A stretch of DNA of 63,402 bases, filler included, from Rhabdomonas costata (taxonomy: Eukaryota): assembly GCA_019059605.1 (NCBI GenBank). It is 42 parts of 42 records of this genome, joined end to end, with 100 filler letters (N's around TTAATTAATTAA, not from the genome) between each part and the next. Parts side by side here need not be neighbours in the genome. Positions count along the whole stretch, not along the records: positions 13,614 to 15,026 come from JAHMHO010016665.1; positions 15,127 to 16,538 come from JAHMHO010016666.1; positions 16,639 to 18,050 come from JAHMHO010016667.1; positions 18,151 to 19,563 come from JAHMHO010016668.1; positions 19,664 to 21,075 come from JAHMHO010016669.1; positions 21,176 to 22,587 come from JAHMHO010016670.1; positions 22,688 to 24,099 come from JAHMHO010016671.1; 35 more parts are not named here. One strand, 5' to 3'. Position 1 is the first letter of the stretch; the number at the start of each line of letters is the position of its first letter. The notes below the pieces were generated by a model. That model saw only the letters and a list, made by a program, of their open reading frames with translations. It did no database searches and was not told the DNA's origin. The position numbers and the translations under genes are program-made. Positions 13,704 through 23,681 of this stretch are shown one piece after another.

Positions 13704-14220
13704 CGTTGGGAAACCGGTGATGTCAGGAGTCGCCTAGTCCGCGTGACGGATATGACCGGTAAACCCCTCCGGAGGAAGCTAGAAGGTCAGGCCAAGGCTC
13801 AACCCAGCCAACATCAGGTGTATACATGTGGTAGCCCTACACCATAGAGTGGTAGTGGTACGCATAGCATGACAGCCAACCAGATGGTGGTGCCAGTGGT
13901 AAGGGGTAGTGGTAGCCTATGCCACACCTTCACTGAGTGATGATGTTGGTGGTAGCAGTGATGTCAGTCAACCCAGCAATGGTGGTGTGGTGGTACGGAG
14001 CTACCCAGTGGTGTTGACGTCCTAGCGATAGTGGTGGTTATGCTGCTGTCAGTATGCTAGGGTGTCACACTTCTAGTGTGGTTGATGCTGCTCCTACACC
14101 AGGGGCAAGATTCGTAGTGGATGTTGCTGAGGGTGAAAGGAGTAGCAAAGCCCACTCTTAGGGTGATGAGTGGAGTAAGCATGCTACCCTACCGCTACCA
14201 AGGGGATTTTGGAAGTACCC

Positions 14221-15000
14221 GATGCATGAACCCTACGACCGATGTTGGAAGGTGACACTCCTCCACCGTAGAAGCATGAACCCACCACTAAGATGCTGAG
14301 GGATGCTGCTGCTGTAAGGATGATGCCCTACCCTTACGCTGAGAGAGAGGATGATGGTATATCCTAGCGCTCATCCTACGCAAAGGGTGAGGATGATGAC
14401 AGATGCATGAATCCCACCTCGATCCTGAGATGTCATGATGCTGTAACCCTACCGCTATTCCTAAGCTAAGATGGGGGGAGTGACAGCGATGGAAATGTCC
14501 AACCTTTTGCACGGATGTCAGGATGGATGCAGAGAGGAAGGGTGATGTCCTACTCCTACGCATGGAAGATGTGAGTGATGCAGATCCAACGCTAAGATGC
14601 TGATGCAGAACCCAACGTAAAGGCTCCGCAGGAACATGCCTCCCTGAGTTCATGTGTTGATGCATGGGTTTAGCGTATGGGTGAACGGAAGCACCTTATG
14701 GTGGTGGAGTGAACAAGTGGGTGGAGTGATGCGAATGGACGTGAGCATCACGACGACAGAAGATGAAGAGGAAGAGTCGCATCTTCGCAAACGCTCACTT
14801 GCTCCACTCTTACGTCAGGATGTCATCTTGTACCTCGATGCCATCCTTCCTTCTTCTTAACGTCGTCATGACTCGCTGATGCTCGCCATTCCTCCTGCTA
14901 TCCCCATGACTCTCACTGCGCTCGTGTCCTGGGGCCCTTTTTCTTTGTCGGTCGCACACTCGTCACTACGTGTCTCGCATACTCCCTAGATGCAGAACCC
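14221..15000 (+). repeat. Degenerate internal repeat array with GATGC...ACCC-like units
   Basis: Related motifs at ~14221, 14271, 14402, 14437, 14577, 14602 and 14989; a similar ATGAACCCACC lies at ~26476. Confidence 0.55.
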
Positions 15001-15461
15001 CGAAACCCGAAGACGAACCCACACAANNNNNNNNNNNNNNNNNNNNNNNNNNNNNNNNNNNNNNNNNNNNTTAATTAATTAANNNNNNNNNNNNNNNNNN
15101 NNNNNNNNNNNNNNNNNNNNNNNNNNTGTGTTTTGTTAACGCTGAAGCCGAGTTTGGCGAACTTGCACTCAAACAGAGGGCATTGACAAGAACGTCAGGC
15201 GAGCCGCAAGTGGTCATAATAGGATGGACAGTGACGAATGAAGGGAACGGAAAGATGTAGAGCGTGGGGGCATTCCCAAGGTGGCGTGATTGCCCCACGG
15301 GTCGCTGCTGCAGACAAGGCTTGCGTTGAAGGGCTTGAGTTTGTTTGGGTTATTGCGGCTGCACCCCTCTTTTCCTTTTCACAGTGTGCATCTCTTTCTC
15401 CACTTCATTTCCCAACCATGTGATGGCGGCATCGCTTGCAACACTCCCCGAAAATATCCTT

Positions 15462-16538
15462 TCACTCGGGTGTTTTCCAGGAAGAGGAACCATTTCCATG
15501 CGGGTCCAGCAGTCTATCTCCCCTCTCTCCGAGGATGCTGTTGTAGCCCTGAAACAATCCTTGAAGGTGAGGATGGCACTGACGGGAGGTCGCAATCACG
15601 TTCTGCAGCGTCCAGGCACACCAGCGGTGCTGACGGGGCCGGCAGGGGAAGAGTCGCTCCATGTCGGAGAGAAGGGGAGCCAATCGGATTTCCGGGGAGC
15701 ACGACGGGGGGCCAGAAGTCGGAGGGGGAGGCGGAGAAGGCGCTGAGAGAGGAGAGTACAGCTGGAAACGGGAAGGAAGGGAAGGGAAGGGGCATTGCAG
15801 GTCAAAGTAGGGCCGGGCGGATTGGGAAGAGGCCCAGCGGCCCCAGTGGCTGAGCTGGTCAGGAGTGGTGCCGAGCTGGACAAGGGTGGCGGCACCTCCC
15901 CGACGCAAGGAGTGCCAAGTGCAATCAGGGGCGAGGGCGCGGAGGAGGTGGTTGAGTGCGGCTGCGGTGGGCACAGAGTGAGAGCCGAAGTGAGCTTTGA
16001 GGAAGAGAAGCCACTGGGCCACAAAGGGCGTCGCGGGGCGCCAACACACGACCCGGTCACGCTTGGCGGCGCGCAGGCCAAGGCGGTCGGGTCCCAGGGA
16101 TGCCGAGGTGAGGGAGCAGGCTTCGCTGACCCGAAGGAGGTAAACGAAGGACAGGAGCAAGAGACCGTAGAACCAGGGGTCGAGGGCGGACGGAGAGAGG
16201 TTGGACGGAAAGAGGTGCTGCAAGGAGAACCATGACCGTTGAGGAGCGGGAGCCAGGCGGGTGATGGCGGAGACGGCCATCCAGCAGGAGCGGGGCAGTG
16301 AGGGGGAGTGCGGCAGAGTCGTGGAGGCAAACGTGAGAGCCGCCAGAAAAGTGCGCGCGGCACCTGGGCGTGGGGGGTTGGAGCAGTGCAAGAGGTACAG
16401 CGTTGTCGCTGTCTCGAGGTCCAGGGAGGTGGAGCCGGAGCAACCTGCCGAGCACCAGCGGAGAAACTGTGCCAGAGAGGACGAGTAATGCTGGCGGGTG
16501 GATGGGGCGAGATGGAAGGGAAGAAGGGCGGCGAAATC
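15462..16538 (-). mobile_element. Tyrosine recombinase ORF of a DIRS-like/YR retroelement or Crypton-like element (5' truncated by contig edge)
   Basis: Intronless 359-codon frame open to the contig edge. N-terminal LAPSTRQHYSSSLAQFLRWC is DIRS-YR-like; catalytic motifs LLRVSE (R), AAKRD (K), HSLRRGGA (HxxR), WGRWAS (W) and ARPYF (Y). Confidence 0.9.
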
Positions 16539-16830
16539 NNNNNNNNNNNNNNNNNNNNNNNNNNNNNNNNNNNNNNNNNNNNTTAATTAATTAANNNNNN
16601 NNNNNNNNNNNNNNNNNNNNNNNNNNNNNNNNNNNNNNGAGACAGCGACAGAACCGTAGTACTGAAGTTTTCGACCTATTCGCAACTATTCGCAGCACAC
16701 AGTTGATTTTGCTGGTCTGGTTTGGAAACACTTACTCTATCCTTTATTTTCCCACCTCCCTTGGACTGAAAAATCAGCTCAAACCTGCGCAGATGGGGGC
16801 ACCCCACCCTCCACGCCATTCCACAGATAC

Positions 16831-17646
16831 CTCGGGACCCAGGTACTTCGTGGGGTTGGTCGGGTCTTTGGGGTCTAGGAATCCAGTGGGGTGAAGCTGC
16901 ACCTTGTCCATGTCCACCAGGGAGGCCCCGATCTCCCGGCCCATCTTAATTCCGTCCCCCGTGGCGAACCCTCCGTTGGTAGTCGCGAGTGGCAGGGCCT
17001 CTGGCGCAAACTCTGCCAGGAGGGAGCCTGGGCCGCGGTCCGAGGAGAACCCCCCGGTGGCCAAAACAATGGCATCCCCATGGATCTGCACCTTCTCCCC
17101 GGAATTGGTGACATACTCCACTCCCACTGCGCGCAAAGAAACCAAAAATAAGAATGATAATGCTGGCACTGGTAAATATACCTTAAAACAAGCGTACACA
17201 TGCAGATATTTTTGGCGGCGTTCTGATTCTCAGTTGATGCGACCGCTGTGGAACTGAACACATCGCCATCACCTTGTGCTTCTGGGTGGGTGGCGCATCC
17301 AGTGCTGACGAACATTGCAGTATAGAAGAGATTCCCACACTGATGAGCATAATACAACACAACACAGAAAAGCAGCGACGACCTCAAACGGGCAAATAAG
17401 AGGGGAAGGGGGCGGCTCGCAGGTAATGAGAGTCATCCTCTGGAAGGGTTAAAAGTTGAAGGATTGAAGAGTAGAGCAGCGGGGCCCGCCCCAACCAGCG
17501 ACAGGAGGAGCACACATGCATACATACCAATGCGGTTGGTGGTTACTCTTCCTCCCACCTCCGTGGACACGTCACCCTGCCTTGCAGTGAGCAGCCGCTT
17601 CACTTTGCACTGGGTCAGCACCTTGACTCGGTCAGAGGGCAGGGAC
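16831..17646 (-). CDS. Soluble FAD-dependent fumarate reductase (Osm1/FRD/flavocytochrome c family), two exons (17646-17528 and 17126-16831)
   Basis: ...RVKVLTQCKVKRLL...NRI|VGVEY...DAIVLATGGFS...LATTNGGFATGDGIKMGREIGASLVDMDKVQLHPTGFLDPKDP...KYLGPE; G|GTATGT donor and GCAG acceptor in phase 1. Confidence 0.93.
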
Positions 17647-19068
17647 CTGACACCCCCATTTGAATAAAAGAAATATGGAGGGTCCCGGGACGCTTTCGAG
17701 GTCTACCGATCACCTATCATCAAAGACCATTACTTGCTTCCCGTCTCTCATTACGATCTGCGACATCACAAGAAGTCAGGAGGCACAGCAGCATGCGTCA
17801 GGTGTCAGTGCATGTGCCCGTTTTAATGTGCCGAACTCTCGTGCCACGACAGCATTAAAAAAGGAAATCTCGGGTTTACGAGACTCGTTTTGTCCTTTGT
17901 TAGAGCTGTACTCAAGAGTGATTGTTGCAGGAAATGCTCTTCCTTTCACCCCGCATGTGCCTCCATATCTTCTGGTTGCTTTAATCGATTGATCTACTGA
18001 CCGATTTAATCGACACTGATGCAAGATGACATGACCTGACGATTCACAACNNNNNNNNNNNNNNNNNNNNNNNNNNNNNNNNNNNNNNNNNNNNTTAATT
18101 AATTAANNNNNNNNNNNNNNNNNNNNNNNNNNNNNNNNNNNNNNNNNNNNGTGTGGGTGTGTTTGGTGTGTTTTGTGTAAGAGAGGGTGGGAAGCCTCAG
18201 AGGTCAACCCGCGGGTCCACCGCTTCGTTTCTGGAGCCACCGTCCCCCCCGTGATTGAGTGCGTAAGTTTGAGTGAGTGTGTGTGTGTGTGCGTGTGTGT
18301 GTGTGTGTGTGCGTATGTTTGACTTTCCAACCCACCACATGTAACATAGTTACGTGCAGATAAAATTTCGGAGAAGTGATCTCCTCCACCGGTTCCCCAT
18401 CACCCACGGTCCACCAAAGTTGTTCCTCAAAGCGCTTGTCGTTCCATGCTTGATCCTGCACACATGAGAGAGAACTCTTTTGAGCTAAGTTATGGTGTAG
18501 CTCCCTGGCGTTTCTTCCATCAACCGTCCCCAATTCATTCTTTCTTCTCTCTATTGATCTGCTTGGTGTTCCATATTCGGATTTTTGTCTGTTTAAGATA
18601 GACCCCCATCCGGTCACCGCTCAGCTGGTTCTAACTTATTGAATTGCTTCCAGACGGCACTTACTCTCATTTTCTGCGTCTGGTTGATGATCAATATGCT
18701 CCTCTCTCCCCCACTCGTCATTCTTTTGCACACAGTGCGCTTTTGGGACTCCGCAGCCCCATTTTTACCGCCGCATTGCTGCGAAGCGGTGGTGCGTGTG
18801 TCTGTCTGGTGTCTGTGAAAACCTTGCCGCCAGTATCATCACCACACAATCGCTCGAAGTCACAATGGTGGTGAACAGCGGTTTGAGGTGCACGCAGTGC
18901 CATGAATGATTTGTTTGGAAAACCATTCGGGCGAGACAAACAAGAACACGTCGGCACGGAGATATCACAAAGATAAGTATTACAAGTCAGGGGCAATGGG
19001 CTAATGGCTAAAGGCCTAATGACGCACGGCAGGAAGCGCGCAACAAGACTGGGAGAAGGAGCCCGTAC

Positions 19069-19546
19069 CGATCATCTCCAGTAAGGTGGGCCCACTGTAC
19101 CATGCGCTCAGCAAGGGGTCCTAAGAGGTCCCAACAAAAAAAACACGCCCTTTTGGACAGGGGCGGAAAACGATGGAATCAAACCCTACTCACATTTCAG
19201 GCACCAACCCAACATCGCTTCCTTTTACGACACCCCAGGGAAAAAGAAGGCACTGACCTATCCCACGTAAAGCGAACAAAAGGAAGAAATAGAGAATCCC
19301 AAAGCCGTCCACTCCACTCATGCAATGTATAACTGGGGTGCGGCAATTAACATTTGCATTGAACACCAACACCGACTTCCCACTCTGAACAGGAATCATG
19401 TCACCTCCCTCCCGTTGGGGGAACGGACCTGCCGCTTCGTGAGGTTCTCCCCAGAAAGTCCAGCCACGGGGCACCACCGAATGAAGGAGTCCTTGAACCC
19501 CGTCTGCTTCAGAAAGGGTCGCAGCTGCTCCACCACCTGGTTGTAC
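19069..19546 (-). CDS. HBS1: HBS1-like (eEF1A/eRF3 family) translational GTPase, two exons (19546-19429 and 19120-19069)
   Basis: YNQVVEQLRPFLKQTGFKDSFIRWCPVAGLSGENLTKRQ|DPLLSAWYSGPTLLEMI matches the G5 (SGLxGENL) and WYxGPTLLE motifs; GT-AG introns. Not in the ORF track. Confidence 0.8.
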
Positions 19547-22137
19547 CTGAAACCCCCCACACCNNNNNNNNNNNNNNNNNNNNNNNNNNNNNNNNNNNNN
19601 NNNNNNNTTAATTAATTAANNNNNNNNNNNNNNNNNNNNNNNNNNNNNNNNNNNNNNNNNNNNGTGGGGTGTGGCTCTTGGAAAGTAGTGTGTTTCTGCG
19701 GGTGTGTGTGTTGGGGAGGGGGAAAGGGTATTACTGGTATTATGTAGTGCTGGTGTTACCAGGATGGGCCCGTTTTGTAAAACAGGATTCCAATTGAAGT
19801 TTTCGCAGAGGTTTATGTTGCGCTTCCTTTTCTTTTCATTAGAAGCTTTTGCAGGGTTTGGTGGCAAAGCACGTGTTCCCTGGGATTATAAAGAAGCAAT
19901 TACCGGGGATATGGAGCACCACTGGTACCTGGTCCCCCCCCTCACTATATCACAAGACCCCTCGGTGTGATAAAAATACGGAGCAAAAACCGTCACTCAT
20001 CAAGCAATTCCATCGTCTCTTTTGGGAAAAGAATGTGGAAGAGCTGCAAAAGGATGGTGCTTTGAACAAAAACTTACATTACTGATTACATTAACTGCCT
20101 TCAACGCGAGTTGGTAGCTCTCTCTCTCACTGCCGGTGCATCCTGAAATTTACAATGTTTGCTCACAAGGCTTGACGGCGAAGGACTTTTCCCCTCTTGC
20201 GGCTGCATTTTTTGGGAAGGGATTCATCAGCTGTTCTCTTTTTGATTTTAGATTTTAGATTTTAGATTTACCACAACACAGTGAAAGTCCAGCATCCATG
20301 GTCTTCTACATCGAACTGCCGCACAAAACAAAAATGAGGCAAAGAGTAAAAAAGGGAGGGAATTGTACAACCGCTCGTGCAGGCTCAGGATGGGTATGAG
20401 AAGGCGGTTGGCAGGAGCGGGGGCAAGGTTTGGAGGATATGGTACAGGAACTGAAGAAATCGGGTAGCGTTGGAACTGGAGCGGTGGGTGGCAGTGGGAT
20501 TCGGGACTTTTCTTCTGTATGTATTGGTACAAGATATGCATTTAGTAAGAACCAAGGTGACCATATTATAATCTTGAAATCAGAACCACATACAAACAGC
20601 CCCCTTGCCTGACCAACCAGCCACCATAATCAGCAACTAGCACTCAATAGCAGTCGGAGGGTACTATGGCATCCAAAGCAAATGCCTTCTTTTTTTTTAG
20701 CCATTCAGCATCCATACCAACAACACACACACACACACACACGTTTCACTGCTCTACAATAAGCCAACCAAAACGCACACCTGCGATGAGCGGGAGAAGA
20801 AGGTGTTATTGTGCGCCCCACGGGTAACTGCCTGGAGGCACTCTGGGGAGCGCCGCACCCGAGCCGCACCTCCGCGGTGCTGGGCGGCCGAAGGGCTGGA
20901 AAGGCCGCAGCGGTCACTACACGGGGACCAGAAGTCGGTCCAGCGGGCGGTCGGGACTGCCCCTCTGCCAACGTTCTTGAGAGCCTCGGGGGCTTCTTGC
21001 CCAACCCACCCCGGGCAGCCAGAAGGTGGCTTGAGTTCATGGACAAGGCAGGGGCAGCACTCTGCAAAAAAAAACNNNNNNNNNNNNNNNNNNNNNNNNN
21101 NNNNNNNNNNNNNNNNNNNTTAATTAATTAANNNNNNNNNNNNNNNNNNNNNNNNNNNNNNNNNNNNNNNNNNNNGGGTTGGCTTCGTGGAGGGTGTTTC
21201 GTGTGGAGTGTCAGTTTTGTGTTGAAGGTGTCAGTAGTGTGGAATGTGACGTGTGTAAAAGGTGTGCGTGAGGGAGGGTGACTGGTGTGTACGCGAGGAG
21301 GGACCGAGGGTGTGACGTGATGGAGTGTGTGACTGATGATGTGACAGAGGTTGTGACAGAGCGTGCGTGTGGTTGTGGTATTGGCAAGTGAGTCTGATGG
21401 AGGGGTCAATGTCTGTGTGAGGATCGTGAGGATGGTGAGTGTCTGCGTGAGAATCGTGCGTTTTGTTTCTCGGGTTCCGTGCGTATGGTGTGGGTCAGGA
21501 TGTGAGGATGAGCATGAGGTTCACTGTCTGTGCGTAGTGTGCTGAGGTTGATGGTGGTGAGAAGGGTGGTTTGTGCGAATGACAGTGTCATAATCAAGTT
21601 GGTTGTGTCACATAAGTGTCATGCTCACAATCGATTGTTGATGCGAGGATCAGTGTTGCGTGTCTGAGGGTCATGGTCAAGGTTGCGTGGGACGTGGAAG
21701 GTGGATGGTGAGTGTCAGTTGTGTGTGCGTTGATGGATGATCATGGTGTCACTGGATGGTAGCGGTCGTGGGAATGGTTTTTGGATGGTTCGCTGTCCGT
21801 GGTGTGTGTTGCGTTGGTGTTTGACGTCCATCTGGATTTACAAGCTGAAATCCACGACTCCTACCCAAAGCAGATGGAACAACATATGCCGTGAGCAATG
21901 ACAGCAATTACAGATGATGAAAATCATGTCAGGAAGTCCAGACATCCACCACATGAGAATCTACAGGATGACAAGGCCACCGGATCCGCTTCGACGACAA
22001 CGCTTTTGCGAACGCAATGTCTCAGCGTACCTACTAATGAGATAAACAGTGAGATGCAACTAAGTGGGACGGTACCTTTGTGTAAGTTGAACTGTTTTGT
22101 GTTATTTATGCGTTTAAGTTGAACGATCCCATGGTAG

Positions 22138-22227
22138 CAGTAACGCACAATAGCTCCAGTGGTTTGATGGCTATAAACTATCACTGGTTGATGCACACAT
22201 GCGGAGTACAACGATGTTTATATGCCA
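22138..22227 (+). repeat. Dispersed non-coding repeat A, copy 2
   Basis: About 90% identity to 13614-13703. Confidence 0.9.
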
Positions 22228-23212
22228 AGTGCCGTACAAAACATTGAAACTTTGCCCCACATGTGCCACATGAAATATCGGTACTGATTATTGCCAGTAT
22301 TGTGCTTGTCAATACATGCCACATACTTCCACTTGTGTGCACGTTTCTCCTTTTCTTCACGCTTCTTCCTGTTTTCTTCTCTCAAATCCTCTCTGGTCTT
22401 CTTACTTTTCTTGTGTGGTTACTGCTTACTGTTGCGGGAGAGCACCGCTACGAGGGATCCATTCGCTTCCAGGAGCTTTGTGTAATCGTACGAACAGCAG
22501 CGTTTGGGACTCCACAGTGGTATCGAGGATAACTCAGAACAGCTCAGAATCTGCGCCGACACACATGATCACATAGGTCTCCCACACNNNNNNNNNNNNN
22601 NNNNNNNNNNNNNNNNNNNNNNNNNNNNNNNTTAATTAATTAANNNNNNNNNNNNNNNNNNNNNNNNNNNNNNNNNNNNNNNNNNNNGGGTTGTGGTGCA
22701 AACAGATGTTCACCGCGAAGATCACCGTGAACATCTGTTTGCACGCCAACCCACACTCTGGTATAAAACGAAGCAAATGGAAAATCCACAGACCCCAAGC
22801 CCACAGAAGCCAACCTAAACCTGAAACCAGGAAGAAAGAACCGAAGGGCAGATCGCAGTGATCTCACCGTGATGAGAATGTACGTCGCGTTTGACCATCA
22901 ACATCTACCTCGTTGGGTGTGAAAATGCTGAAGGGTGGTGGTGCGGGACGTCAGGGTCCCCCTAACAGCTGGATAATTCAATCTCGGAATTCCGGGAAAG
23001 AGAAGTCCCCTCCCCGGCTCGCGGAGGCCGTGTGGAAACAAATGACATAACCTCTTACCAAAACCCAAAAGACTGGGAGAGAACTATTCAGCCCGATATA
23101 TATCCACCCCAATAACTCTTCGGCAACCGTCCCAAAAACCGCAATCAAGCAAAAACCCTAATAAAATCCTTACAAAGTGAATAAACGGATCACTACGGCA
23201 CCCAAGCCACAC

Positions 23213-23681
23213 CTCGACGGGGATCCCCATCGCGCTCAGCACAATCCCGGAGTAGAAGTCCACGTTGGGGTACAGCTTCTTGTCAACGAAGTACTTGTCG
23301 TGCAGCGCGATCTTCTCCAGCTCCATGGCCAGCTCCAGGTAGGGGTTGTTGATCCCCAGCGCGCCCAGCACCTCGTGGCACGTCGCCGCCATGATCTTCG
23401 CACGGGGGTCGAAGTTCTTGTACACGCGGTGCCCAAAGCCCATCAGGCGCGTCGTGTCGCCCTTGTCCTTGCACCGGCTCACAAAGGGCCCGATGTTGTC
23501 CTTGCTGCCGATGAACTTCAGCATGTTCAGCACGGCCTCGTTGGCGCCGCCGTGCGCGGGGCCCCACAGCGAGGCCACCCCCGCGGCCACGCTGGCATAA
23601 GGGTTGGCCCCGGAGCTGCCCGCCGTGCGCACCGTGGAGGTGGACGCGTTCTGCTCGTGGTCGGCGTGCAGGATCATGATC
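23213..23681 (-). CDS. gltA: Citrate synthase, bacterial type II (GltA-like), internal exon
   Basis: [26 protein letters not shown]...[11 protein letters not shown]...[17 protein letters not shown]...[12 protein letters not shown]; bounded by an AG acceptor (23683-23682) and a GT donor (23212-23211). Confidence 0.96.

Noticed and set aside
13730-13850. Faint resemblance to the SSU rRNA 3' major domain (CCGG...CCGGAGGAAG...CAAG)
   Set aside because: Only short words match and universally conserved flanking motifs are absent; a covariance-model hit would be needed.
18151-18177. G/T-only contig starts and C/A-only contig ends as telomeric or subtelomeric repeats
   Set aside because: They are irregular, sit at most contig ends and resemble the TGTGTTGGGTGTGTTTGG-type whole-genome-amplification primer.
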